Shown piece after piece: positions 18,990 through 28,588 of a stretch of DNA of 64,000 bases; position 1 is the stretch's first letter, and every line of letters starts with the position of its first letter. A model generated the notes under the pieces. That model was not told the DNA's origin and did no database searches. It saw nothing but the letters and a program-made list of their open reading frames with translations. Source of the stretch: an uncultured Spirochaetota bacterium (GTDB lineage Bacteria > Spirochaetota > Brevinematia > Brevinematales > JAOACQ01); NCBI GenBank assembly GCA_963768055.1, contig CAVYGN010000001.1, positions 1,728,001-1,792,000 of the forward strand. Reading direction: 5' to 3'. The translations under genes were made by a program, and so were the position numbers.

Positions 18990-20281
18990 AAGATATTTAC
19001 GATGTTTTAGTCATAGGAGGAGGCCCGGCGGGCCTGGCCGCCGCGATAGAGGCAAAAAAATACGGGGCCCTTGACGTTCTTGTTCTTGAAAGGAACAGCG
19101 AAGCGGGAGGAATCCTCCACCAGTGCATACATAACGGTTTTGGGGCCGTTTACTTCAATAAAGATATGCCCGGGCCGTCCTACGCCGAGCATTTTATCAG
19201 GGAAGCTGAAAAATACGGGATCAATATCCTTACGGATACCGCGGTTATCGATATGACCCCTTCAAGGCATATATACGCGAATAATACCATAAGCGGATTT
19301 ATCGAATTGCAGGGAAGGTCCATAGTACTTGCCATGGGATGCCGTGAAAGGACCAGGGCCCAAATAAGGATCCCGGGCAAGCGCCCGGCCGGCGTCTTTA
19401 CGGCAGGAACGGTGCAGAGGATGGTTAATATTGAAGGATATATGCCCGGTAAACGCTTTGTTATCCTTGGAAGCGGAGATATAGGCATGATCATGGCAAG
19501 GCGTCTTACCCTGGAAGGGGCTAGGGTAGAAACTATTCTGGAAGCCATGCCGTATATTACAGGCCTGAGGAGAAACTTCGTTCAATGCCTGCAGGATTTC
19601 GGCATTCGCCTGGAACTTGGTTCTTCTATAAGCGGGATAATAGGTGAAAAAAGAGTGGAGGCCGTCAAAACCGTTAAAGTCGATGAGTCATTCTTTCCCG
19701 TACCCGGAACTGAAAAGATTATAGAATGCGACACTCTGCTGATATCCGTGGGGCTGATCCCCGAAAATGAGCTTTCCCGCAAGGCTGGTATCGAACTGGA
19801 TCCTCTTACAGGCGGCCCCGTTGTAGACGATAAAATGGAAACGAGCATAGACGGGATTTTCGCCGCGGGAAACGCCGTCACCATCTACGATATAGCAGAC
19901 TACGTAAGTCTTGCCGGTTTTACGGCAGGGAAAAACGCAGCCCTTTTCGCGGAAAGGTTTAAAAATAACATAATTGCATCGAGACATCCCGACAGAATTA
20001 AAATAATCTGCGGTAATAATGTCAGGAGCGTTGTGCCCCAATTTATCTCCCCTGAAACTCTCGCAGGCGAGGTTTTCACTCTGGGACTCAGGCCGTCAAA
20101 GCCGATGGAGAAAAAGGTCCTTCTTGAAATCCTGTCCGGCCGCAGCATTATTAAATCCTATAAAGAAAATTACGCGAGGCCGTCGGAAATGATCATAAAA
20201 AAGATAAAACCTAATGAATGGTTCTCTCCCGGTATTTATGAGTCGGGCGAGTTAGAGGTCCGTCTTATTAAAATGGTTTAG
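18986..20281 (+). CDS. FAD/NAD(P)-dependent oxidoreductase, partner subunit of the G3P dehydrogenase
   Basis: GGGPAG, GGILHQCIHNGFG, GCRERTR, GSGDIG, FAAGN. Confidence 0.85.
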   Translation: MKDIYDVLVIGGGPAGLAAAIEAKKYGALDVLVLERNSEAGGILHQCIHNGFGAVYFNKDMPGPSYAEHFIREAEKYGINILTDTAVIDMTPSRHIYANNTISGFIELQGRSIVLAMGCRERTRAQIRIPGKRPAGVFTAGTVQRMVNIEGYMPGKRFVILGSGDIGMIMARRLTLEGARVETILEAMPYITGLRRNFVQCLQDFGIRLELGSSISGIIGEKRVEAVKTVKVDESFFPVPGTEKIIECDTLLISVGLIPENELSRKAGIELDPLTGGPVVDDKMETSIDGIFAAGNAVTIYDIADYVSLAGFTAGKNAALFAERFKNNIIASRHPDRIKIICGNNVRSVVPQFISPETLAGEVFTLGLRPSKPMEKKVLLEILSGRSIIKSYKENYARPSEMIIKKIKPNEWFSPGIYESGELEVRLIKMV

Positions 20282-20289
20282 GGGGGGCC

Positions 20290-20667
20290 ATGGAAAACGA
20301 TCTGAATAAAAAGCTTATATGCATAAGGTGCCCCAGGGGCTGTGAAATTCAGACCTCCCTGGACGGATATGGGATAATCACCTCCATAAGCGGTAATTTC
20401 TGCAAACTCGGGGATGATTACGCAAAGACCGAGCAGAGAGACCCCAGAAGGACCGTCACTACTACAATAAGGGTTAAAAACGGGAACTACCCGCTTTTAC
20501 CGGTCTGGACTACGAAACCGATCCCAAAAGAAAAGATCTTCGAGCTTATCGATATGCTAAGAAATATGGAATTGGATGCCCCTGTAGCCATCGGCCAGGT
20601 TGTCCTTGAAAATATTTTCAACCTGGGAATAGATGTAACGGCAAGTAAAAGCATTGCTAAGGCTTAA
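20290..20667 (+). CDS. DUF1667-family CxxCxxxC metal-binding protein
   Basis: ICIRCPRGC, GNFCKLG..Y, PRRTVTTT; usual third gene of this operon type. Confidence 0.85.
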   Translation: MENDLNKKLICIRCPRGCEIQTSLDGYGIITSISGNFCKLGDDYAKTEQRDPRRTVTTTIRVKNGNYPLLPVWTTKPIPKEKIFELIDMLRNMELDAPVAIGQVVLENIFNLGIDVTASKSIAKA

Positions 20668-22519
20668 GTATAATTTGGTGCGAAATGACAGCTTGTTCCT
20701 GCACGGTTTCCATAGCTCCGTTTTCAATCTCTTCGAACCCTGCACTTACAAAAAGCCTTCCCCTCAAAATGGAAACGCAAAGAGTTTTTTCATTGTCCCT
20801 TTTAATCGTTTTTTTTAAATCGCCGATAAGCCCGCTTATCTCGTCAATGGAGAAAGGCATGGGTTCGGCCGGGATTACAAGCATCACCGCACAGGCTGAA
20901 AGAAGTGGAAAGTGCCTCCTTTTTCCCTCCCGGTTCAGCGAGGTTATATAACCTTTTTGCCTGTCCTCTTCAGAATAGAGAGAGAGAATTTCCAGGGCGT
21001 ATTCATCGAGGATCTTATTCATGTTTTTAAAAACCGTCTCGAACCTGTCATCTTTTGACTTAAAGCCCGCGAAAAAATCATCCCCTCCAATATGAGCTAT
21101 AAAAAATTCTCCGGAGTACCGGCCAAGGATATCCGAGAATTTCAGCAAGGCCCTGTCTCCCTGCCTGAAGCCGTATTTATCGTTAAAGGCTTTGAAATGA
21201 TTAATATCAAAGTAAATCAGGAAATGTTCCATATCCGTTTCTTCCAGGATGCCGGATAAATATTGATATATGGAATTGTTGCCCGGAAGTTTGGTAAGGG
21301 GGTTCTGGTTCATGGCTGTTTCAAGGTTTTTTTCATGGATCGCTTTCAGCAATTCCTTGGCCCCTAGAAAACCGATATACTTCCCGTTCTCTGTTATTAT
21401 TATACCGCCTGAGTCCTCGTCGATCGCGAAAAGTTCGAGGATTTTTTCAATCCTGGTGTTGACCTCCGAAACTGGATTTTTCATGACAAAATGCTCCGAA
21501 TTTTCGGACAGGGTCTTGTTTTTCAGGACCTCTTTACCATACGGGGAATAGATATAATCCTTCAAGCATTCCTCGCTGATTATCCCCAGGGGCTCGTATT
21601 CTTTATTTATAACAGGGAAAAAAGTATTCTTTTTATTTTTTTTGAATATCTCGAAAATTTCAAAAAGCTCCTTATCGATTAGCACAGGCTCTATGAATTC
21701 CATCTGTTTGAAAATGAGGTTTTCATCGATGGTTTTTTTCCTCTTATCGATATTATTCAGGAATTCAATATATTCTATCTTATTTTTGAATTGCGCTGTT
21801 GCAGAGTCGGGTTGTCCGAGCAGGAAGCCCTGGATCAGGTCGCAGCCTATGCTTTTGCAGAAATAATATTCGTTCTCTGTCTCGATCCCCTCCGCTATGA
21901 CCAGAATTCCCAGCATATGCGAGATGTTTACCAGATAGGAAAGCAGCAGCCTTTTTTTTGAATCTGCATGGATATTGGAAATAAAAAAACGGTCGATTTT
22001 AATATAATCGGGCTCGAAGTGGTATAAAAACTCGAAACCGGAAAATCCCGTTCCGAAATCGTCGATTGCTATTTTAAAAAAATGGTCTCTGAGGCCGCCG
22101 AGCAGATTCTTTGTCTTTTCGAAAGAATCGAAAGTATGTCTCTCTGAAATCTCGAAACAAAGCTGGTTGGGATCGAGTGAAAATTTTTTCATGATCGATC
22201 TGGCGTATTCTTTTTCGAAGCCATCCAGTTGAACGACCCTGTTATCGATATTGTAAAATAGCTTGATGTGATCCTGCGTGTTTATTTCCTTAAATTTAGC
22301 CGCGGCCTTTTCAAGAAGAATTCTATCCAGTTCAACAAGAAAATTTTCAGATAAAGCCTGGTCGAACACGGATGAAATCTTGCCAAAGCCGCTCTTTTGA
22401 TAATCCCTTAAAAGGGCTTCGACCCCGAATACTTTACCGGTGTATGTATTGACAATAGGCTGGAAGGCGTAATCGAAGCCGGATGAAATATTTTCCCATT
22501 TTTTACTTTTTTCGTTCAT
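20657..22519 (-). CDS. EAL-CBS-GGDEF c-di-GMP metabolism protein
   Basis: FQPIV, VEALLR, IDDFGTG, AEGIE; central CBS pair; NPLTKLPGN and HIGGDDF. Confidence 0.9.
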   Translation of the reverse strand: MNEKSKKWENISSGFDYAFQPIVNTYTGKVFGVEALLRDYQKSGFGKISSVFDQALSENFLVELDRILLEKAAAKFKEINTQDHIKLFYNIDNRVVQLDGFEKEYARSIMKKFSLDPNQLCFEISERHTFDSFEKTKNLLGGLRDHFFKIAIDDFGTGFSGFEFLYHFEPDYIKIDRFFISNIHADSKKRLLLSYLVNISHMLGILVIAEGIETENEYYFCKSIGCDLIQGFLLGQPDSATAQFKNKIEYIEFLNNIDKRKKTIDENLIFKQMEFIEPVLIDKELFEIFEIFKKNKKNTFFPVINKEYEPLGIISEECLKDYIYSPYGKEVLKNKTLSENSEHFVMKNPVSEVNTRIEKILELFAIDEDSGGIIITENGKYIGFLGAKELLKAIHEKNLETAMNQNPLTKLPGNNSIYQYLSGILEETDMEHFLIYFDINHFKAFNDKYGFRQGDRALLKFSDILGRYSGEFFIAHIGGDDFFAGFKSKDDRFETVFKNMNKILDEYALEILSLYSEEDRQKGYITSLNREGKRRHFPLLSACAVMLVIPAEPMPFSIDEISGLIGDLKKTIKRDNEKTLCVSILRGRLFVSAGFEEIENGAMETVQEQAVISHQIILKP

Positions 22520-22634
22520 AATCCTTCCCGTATGGAGAAAACATGCATAGTTATAAGATTTTAATAAGCGATTGTTTTTAAAATGTTAATTGAAAATTAA
22601 TTTTGCGTGAAAAAGATCCCGATCAAGGGCGCTT

Positions 22635-24329
22635 CTAATAACCTTCGTAATTCGACAGCATTTCCATTGCATGGGCGCGGCTTTTATCGGTCTCTCCGCC
22701 CAGCATCCTGGTGATCTCATCCACCCTTTTTTCGCCTGTTATCTTTTCGATCGTTGTAAATGTTTTATCGTCTTTGACATATTTTGAAATCTGATAATGG
22801 TTTTTTGCCTTTGATGCGATCTGGGGCAGGTGGGTTATAACGATCACCTGTTTGTCCTCGGCTATTTTCCGCATTTTTTCAGCGACATTGTTAGCGGTGA
22901 CTCCCCCTATTCCGGAGTCTATTTCATCGAAAACAAGGGTTTCGATCATATCGCTCTGAGCAAATACCGATTTAAGGGAAAGCATTATCCTTGAGATCTC
23001 CCCTCCGGAGGCTACTTTTTTCAAGGGCTTTGGATCTTCTCCCGGGTTTGAGCTTATGAAAAACTCGACCCTATCCATTCCCGTTTCCTGGATTTTTATA
23101 GGGATGCCGTTAATAATAAATGGACTTGATTCCTCTTTTACATATTTTATATCCACCAGGAATTCGGCCTTTTCCATTCCGAGAAAAGAGAGCTCTGTTT
23201 TAACCTTGCCCGCCAGTTCTTTAGCCACATCCTGCCTTTTTCTGGATAAATTCACAGACATTTCAATCAATTCATTTTTAATTTTCTCAATTTCTTTATT
23301 CAATGTAAGAAGCTCAGCCGCCCTGTTTTCAAACTTTACAAGTTTCTCCGAACATTCATTCATATACTGAAGAAGTTCTGCAATTGAGTTTTTCCTGTAT
23401 TTTCTTTTAAAGTCTTTTATCAATTCAAGCCTGTCGATAGTGTTTTCCATGACTTTCTGGTCAAAGTCAAGTTCCCCCCTGAATTCGGAAATAAGTTTGA
23501 CGCTTTCATTCAGCTTGGTCTGCGAATCCTCCAGTATTTCCAAAAGTTCGCCGTAACGTTTATCGAGGCCGGTTATGTCCCGCAGCGATGATATGGCCCT
23601 TGCCAGCCTGCCCGATACGGATAACTCCTCGTCGTACAAAATGCCGCGTGCGGTTGAAAAGGCAAGTTCGAGATTTTCAGAATTTTCCATTTTCTTCAGG
23701 GCTTCCTTGAGCTCCTCTTCCTCATCGTTGTGAAGTCCGGCACCTCCGATATCCTTAACGGCCTGTTCCCAGAAGGCCTTTTCTTCCTGTAGTTTCGCTT
23801 CATCCAGCTCTAATTCCGCCTTTTCATCGAATTTTATCTGCAAAAGCTGAAAGGTTTGTTGTATTTCCCCTCGTTCAAGCCTCCCGTAATTGTCCAGAAT
23901 ATCAAGATGGACCTTCTGGCTGAGCAGGAGCTGGTGGTCATGCTGGCCATGGATGTCGAGAAGCCATTCCCCAAGTTCTTCAAGCCTCGACACCGGTTCC
24001 TGCAGGCCGTTGATAAAGATCCTGCCCTTGTTGCCCGGTGCAACTTCCCTTCGAAGAATGATGCTTCCATTCATATCGAAATTCAAATCTCTTAGCTTTT
24101 TGGCTACATCGCCGCTTTTTACAATTATCTCGGCCTCGATAAGGGCTTTGTCTTCGCCAGTCCTGATCGAAGAAGAATCGCCCTTCTCACCCATAAGCAG
24201 GCTGAGCGCCCCTATTATAATGGATTTTCCTGCCCCGGTTTCACCGGTAAATACACTGAAGCCGTCGCCGAGTTCTATTTCAAGGGAATCGATGATAGCG
24301 TAATTTTTGATAAGGAGCCTTTCGATCAT
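22635..24329 (-). CDS. recN: DNA repair protein RecN
   Basis: TGETGAGKS, IHGQH, ASGGE.SR, FDEID, ITHLPQIA; ATGA overlap with nadK. Confidence 0.96.
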   Translation of the reverse strand: MIERLLIKNYAIIDSLEIELGDGFSVFTGETGAGKSIIIGALSLLMGEKGDSSSIRTGEDKALIEAEIIVKSGDVAKKLRDLNFDMNGSIILRREVAPGNKGRIFINGLQEPVSRLEELGEWLLDIHGQHDHQLLLSQKVHLDILDNYGRLERGEIQQTFQLLQIKFDEKAELELDEAKLQEEKAFWEQAVKDIGGAGLHNDEEEELKEALKKMENSENLELAFSTARGILYDEELSVSGRLARAISSLRDITGLDKRYGELLEILEDSQTKLNESVKLISEFRGELDFDQKVMENTIDRLELIKDFKRKYRKNSIAELLQYMNECSEKLVKFENRAAELLTLNKEIEKIKNELIEMSVNLSRKRQDVAKELAGKVKTELSFLGMEKAEFLVDIKYVKEESSPFIINGIPIKIQETGMDRVEFFISSNPGEDPKPLKKVASGGEISRIMLSLKSVFAQSDMIETLVFDEIDSGIGGVTANNVAEKMRKIAEDKQVIVITHLPQIASKAKNHYQISKYVKDDKTFTTIEKITGEKRVDEITRMLGGETDKSRAHAMEMLSNYEGY

Positions 24330-25195
24330 TTGTGCCACCCCAATTTTTCCCTCAATATGCTGAAGTACTCTTTTTCACCCAGGTCATAGACCCTGACACC
24401 GTTGGGGATTTTTTTGAACATCATTTTATCTCCTATAGAGAGATAAAAGTTTTCCTGGCCGTCGATTGTGAGGGTTGTATCATGTTCGCCGATCAAAAGA
24501 ACGATATGGAGTTCCTTGTTCACCGAGGTCACAATTGGCCGGACCCCTAGAATGTGGGGACAGATAGGAGTTATTATTATGGCTTCAACGTCCTGGGTAA
24601 GAATAGGCCCCCCCGCAGCGAGATTGTAAGCCGTAGAGCCTGTCGGGGTTGAGACGATAAGTCCGTCGGAACGGTATTGAGACAGGACCTCATTGTCGAT
24701 GCATACCGACAGTTCAACCATTCTTGAAAGCACTCCTTTGGACACTACCGCGTCGTTTAAAAAAGGGCAGGTAAATACCCTTTTCCCGTTCCTTATCACT
24801 GACACTTCTATAAGGATCCTGTCGTAAACCCTGATTTCGTCCCTTAGTATTTTGTCGAGGGCCGTTTCGATATCGGCAGGCTTTACTTCCATTAGAAATC
24901 CCACCCTGCCTGCATTTATACCGAGTATCGGCAGACGGAAGGGGTGAAATGTCCTGGCGGTGAAAAGGAAAGTACCGTCTCCTCCGATAGTTATTATCAA
25001 ATCATAATCGGTAAATTTGAATCCTGAATCCAGGTCGGTAATGAGATTTTTATTTTGAAGTTTGAAATATATCGGACTTGTCACATAAGATTCTATATTT
25101 TTGGATTTCAGCAGGACCTGTATATTGCCAAGGATTTTCCCCACCCTGCTCTTTCTTATATTGGCTACTATCAATACTTTTTTTATCCTGGCCAT
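24326..25195 (-). CDS. nadK: NAD(+) kinase
   Basis: GGDGT, GRVGFL, LND, DGLIVSTPTGSTAY; nadK-recN synteny. Confidence 0.95.
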   Translation of the reverse strand: MARIKKVLIVANIRKSRVGKILGNIQVLLKSKNIESYVTSPIYFKLQNKNLITDLDSGFKFTDYDLIITIGGDGTFLFTARTFHPFRLPILGINAGRVGFLMEVKPADIETALDKILRDEIRVYDRILIEVSVIRNGKRVFTCPFLNDAVVSKGVLSRMVELSVCIDNEVLSQYRSDGLIVSTPTGSTAYNLAAGGPILTQDVEAIIITPICPHILGVRPIVTSVNKELHIVLLIGEHDTTLTIDGQENFYLSIGDKMMFKKIPNGVRVYDLGEKEYFSILREKLGWHK

Positions 25196-25205
25196 TGACG
25201 CTAAC

Positions 25206-26114
25206 CTATTTTAATTTTTTATCTAAAAACCGTGTAATTTTAACCTTGAGAAGCCCCCAGAAACGCTTACCGAACCTGTCGGAATAATCCTCAAGGGCCT
25301 TTTCCAGGGAAATATCGCCGTATTTTTCCTTGAGAAAATGCCAGTGATCCATAAGCCATATATATAAGTCGCCTTCCTCGCGCCCGGGAAATTTCCTGAG
25401 TATTTTTCTCTTCTTTATGAGTTTCGTTACTGGAAGAAAGAGATCATAATACCACAATTTGATGGAATCTTCCCAGCTTATCTCGTGCTTTTTTGCTTCA
25501 CTTTTAAAATATTTATATGTGTTTATATGTTCTATCAATCTATAATAACCCCAGGGGTTTGTCAATTTTATCCTTACATTTGGGAAATATTTATCGAACT
25601 TCGTTTTGTCCAGGAAATATTTGTGGCTCTCGGCAAGAAGAAGCTCCTTCTCGCTTAATTCTGAGAGTTCCACTTTTGTGAACAATTCTACTACGTCCGC
25701 GTCTATAAATACCTGGCCGAGTTCCTTGGCAACGGATACTCTGTGATTCCCGTCGCGAACGAAATAATAATCGCCGATTTTGTAAACAAGGATGGGCGGC
25801 AGGTGCGTATCCTTCAGTTTTGCAAGTTCGATATTCTGCCATCGTCCACGATTGTAGTCTTTCAGGGGAAGAAAATTAATATCGAAATCCAAATACCGGC
25901 CTTCGCTCCCCATAATTTTATCGATCGGTATGGCATGCAAGCCCCTGTAGCTCATTCCTTCGGGCGAGAGCATGGATTTGACTTCGTCAAACCTGAATAA
26001 TTCGTTCCTTTTCCTGAATATCTTGTTAAGGATCTCCTTAAAGAACGCTTTATTACGCGCCCTGTCGAAAGCCTCCCTTACCTGTAAAACAAGGGGATCA
26101 TGATATTCACTCAT
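25206..26114 (-). CDS. ParB/Sulfiredoxin-like domain protein (DUF4032-related)
   Basis: IMGSEGRY.DFD..FLP, PPILVYK, YFVRDGNHRVSVA. Confidence 0.7.
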   Translation of the reverse strand: MSEYHDPLVLQVREAFDRARNKAFFKEILNKIFRKRNELFRFDEVKSMLSPEGMSYRGLHAIPIDKIMGSEGRYLDFDINFLPLKDYNRGRWQNIELAKLKDTHLPPILVYKIGDYYFVRDGNHRVSVAKELGQVFIDADVVELFTKVELSELSEKELLLAESHKYFLDKTKFDKYFPNVRIKLTNPWGYYRLIEHINTYKYFKSEAKKHEISWEDSIKLWYYDLFLPVTKLIKKRKILRKFPGREEGDLYIWLMDHWHFLKEKYGDISLEKALEDYSDRFGKRFWGLLKVKITRFLDKKLK

Positions 26115-26129
26115 TTACATCCCCTTTCG

Positions 26130-26807
26130 TTAAGCCTTGATATCCAGAAAGACAAAATCATAACAATTAATAACCTTCGTGCCTTCATACTCGAATATCC
26201 TTTTTTCTGTCAAATCATAAATATGGGTATGGCCATGGAGAAGGTATTTAGGGTGATACCGCTTTATAAAGCGTAGTAATGCCTTGAAGCCCTTATGCGC
26301 CTGGTCCTGCTTGTCATGAATACCCGACGGGGGGGCATGGGTGATAAGAACGTCTATATACCTGCCTGAAAACAGCCTGTTAAGATAAAGCCTCGGTTCG
26401 ATCCTCAATATCTTCCTGCGCATCTGGTTTTCCGTATACTGGTGCTCTCCCTTATTATAGAGTAATGAGCCTTCAAGCCCTCCCATTATGACAGGGCCTA
26501 TTTTCTCTACCCTTTCGTCCATGTTATTACCGCCGAAATCCATTTGCTTTTTCCGGGAACCGGGATTAATGTCGCTGAAAATCCCTTTTTTCAGGAAAGT
26601 CTCGACATTGTCTTCCGCTTGTTCATAATGATCATGGTTTCCGCAAACGTAGTAAAGGGGTTTTAAAAGACTTGAAGCAAGGTAATCAAGATAATAAACG
26701 GGCAAATCGCCGCAGGAGATTATGGCGTCGACGTTGCCGGCCATTTCCCTTACGCGCGAACTATAGAGTTTGGAGTTTACAATATCACTGACGGCTAATA
26801 CTCTCAA
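26130..26807 (-). CDS. Calcineurin-like metallophosphoesterase
   Basis: VSD, CGD, GNHD, THAPP, HGHTH motifs. Confidence 0.9.
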   Translation of the reverse strand: MRVLAVSDIVNSKLYSSRVREMAGNVDAIISCGDLPVYYLDYLASSLLKPLYYVCGNHDHYEQAEDNVETFLKKGIFSDINPGSRKKQMDFGGNNMDERVEKIGPVIMGGLEGSLLYNKGEHQYTENQMRRKILRIEPRLYLNRLFSGRYIDVLITHAPPSGIHDKQDQAHKGFKALLRFIKRYHPKYLLHGHTHIYDLTEKRIFEYEGTKVINCYDFVFLDIKA

Positions 26808-26818
26808 ATCTATCCCTT

Positions 26819-26974
26819 TTAAGAAACTTCTTCAATATGAGCCTGTATAAATTTTTCAAATTCGTCCCTTTTCATTTTATCCTTATAGAATTCCCACATA
26901 GCGTCAATCGCTTCTTCTTTTGACGCAAATTTTATTCCTTTCATTGCGCTATCAAGAGTAATTTTAAAAGGCAT
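26819..26974 (-). CDS. Small hypothetical protein, 51 aa (not in ORF track)
   Basis: AGGAGG RBS, ATG 26974, MPFKITLDSAMKGIKFASKEEAIDAMWEFYKDKMKRDEFEKFIQAHIEEVS, TAA 26819; TATAAT just upstream; first gene of the run ending in recN. Confidence 0.75.
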   Translation of the reverse strand: MPFKITLDSAMKGIKFASKEEAIDAMWEFYKDKMKRDEFEKFIQAHIEEVS

Positions 26975-27021
26975 GGCATCCTCCTGAATGATATTATAAA
27001 TCCTCTTGTCTTTTATTGCAT

Positions 27022-27939
27022 TTATTGCATCAAATCCAGCATTTTTTCTATCGCCCGGAGCGACTTCCCGGCTATAGCGGGATCGACCTCAATTTTATAA
27101 TCCAGAGTCCTGAGGCCGGCAAGCAGTTTTTGAGAGTTTATCCTCTTCATATTCCTGCATTCCATGCGTTTCAGAGGTTCTATAAAATTCCTTTCAAACC
27201 TTTTCCTCAAAGCGTAATTGATCCCCCATTCGGTAACAACGATATAATCCTCGATTTCAGGATGCTTTTCTACATAATCGAACATCCGGCCGGTACTGAG
27301 GATAGCATCGGCCAGGCCTCTTATCTCTGCCGGGCATTCGGGATGAACAAGCACAGCCGCTCCGGGGTTCATCTTCATAGTCTTTATAACGGAGTCAGGG
27401 TCGGCCTTTTCATGCACTACGCAGTATCCCGGCCAGAGGACTATCTCTTTTTCCTTTACTATTTCCTTTACGTAAGATCCCAGGTTCCTGTCGGGCAAAA
27501 ATACTATTTTTTTTTGCGGGAGTTTCCTTACTATTTCCACAGCGTTAGCTGAGGTACAGCAGACATCCGCTAGAGCCTTGACCTCTGCCGTCGTATTCAC
27601 ATATGCTACAAATGCATGGTCGGGGTACCGCTTTCTCCATTCAAGGACCATTTTTTTATCGGCGAACCCCGCAAGGGGACAGAGAGCTTCTTTATCCGGT
27701 ATGATAACGGTCCTGCCGGGATTTAAAACCGCGGCAGTTTCAGCCATAAAATAAACCCCGCACATTACTATAATATCGCCAGGCATATGTCTTGCCTGCC
27801 TTGCCAGACCCAGTGAATCGCCGACGTAATCGGCGGCCTCCTGGATTTCCGGCAATTGATAGTTATGTGCGAGAATAACCGCGTTCTTTTCTTTTTTTAA
27901 CTTTTGTATCTCTTCTAATATTTCCCGATCTATCTGCAA
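27022..27939 (-). CDS. nadA: Quinolinate synthase
   Basis: AHNYQ, GDSL, CGVYFMAE, YVNT, CTSAN, HPEC and three Fe-S Cys; probable TTG start at 27939. Confidence 0.95.
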   Translation of the reverse strand: MQIDREILEEIQKLKKEKNAVILAHNYQLPEIQEAADYVGDSLGLARQARHMPGDIIVMCGVYFMAETAAVLNPGRTVIIPDKEALCPLAGFADKKMVLEWRKRYPDHAFVAYVNTTAEVKALADVCCTSANAVEIVRKLPQKKIVFLPDRNLGSYVKEIVKEKEIVLWPGYCVVHEKADPDSVIKTMKMNPGAAVLVHPECPAEIRGLADAILSTGRMFDYVEKHPEIEDYIVVTEWGINYALRKRFERNFIEPLKRMECRNMKRINSQKLLAGLRTLDYKIEVDPAIAGKSLRAIEKMLDLMQ

Positions 27940-28002
27940 AGTAAATCCCTTGATTCCAAATATAAATAAGCATATTATTATAGATTTTATCATAAAAGTC
28001 AA

Positions 28003-28130
28003 GAAGGGAATTGTATAGAAAGGGCCCCTTCAGACGTGCCCCTGATAGAACATTAAACTTGAGATAAACGAATTCAGCACTTCCCTGCGAAAAACGGCCC
28101 CGCACCCTACAGATTTACAGAATTCTTCCG
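28003..28130 (-). ncRNA. Candidate structured RNA (long irregular hairpin with central bubble) between nadA and the ftsB-like gene
   Basis: GC-rich island in an AT-rich spacer; ends and inner segments are complementary (GAATT/AATTC, TGTA/TACA, AGGGT/GCCCT, GTGC/GCAC, CTGA/TCAG). Confidence 0.3.
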
Positions 28131-28171
28131 AATTAATATAATGGCTTAATCTCTGATATAGTAAAGGGATC

Positions 28172-28588
28172 ATGGTTATGAAATATATCGTTCTCCTTCT
28201 CTTCAACGCTGTAAGTTTTTATATAATGGCCGTGTTCATATTCGGCAGCGGCGGGATCAGGCAAAATCTGCAAAAACTCGAACAGATCAACCGTCTCGAG
28301 GAACAGAGGGCAAAAACCGAACTTCAGGTAGAGGAACTAAAAACAAAGCTCAATTACCTGAAATCGCAAACTGTTCCCGACGCAAGTTCATTGGCCAAGC
28401 AGGGTAAGAAATCTGAAAATACTGTAATCTTCAAATATCTGGAAAAGCAGGAACAATCCGATACTTCGTTTAAAAAAACCGGGATTTTCACATATTACAG
28501 GATCTATTTTATCGCGGCATTTTTAGTTTTTTTTATCCTGCTCGGCGATATGCTGATATGTCTGAATTTGGCCGGGGGGACAGCTTAG
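28172..28588 (+). CDS. Septum formation initiator (FtsB/DivIC-like) membrane protein
   Basis: N-terminal TM, IFGSGG, coiled coil, A...G......VIF; extra C-terminal TM. Confidence 0.6.
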   Translation: MVMKYIVLLLFNAVSFYIMAVFIFGSGGIRQNLQKLEQINRLEEQRAKTELQVEELKTKLNYLKSQTVPDASSLAKQGKKSENTVIFKYLEKQEQSDTSFKKTGIFTYYRIYFIAAFLVFFILLGDMLICLNLAGGTA

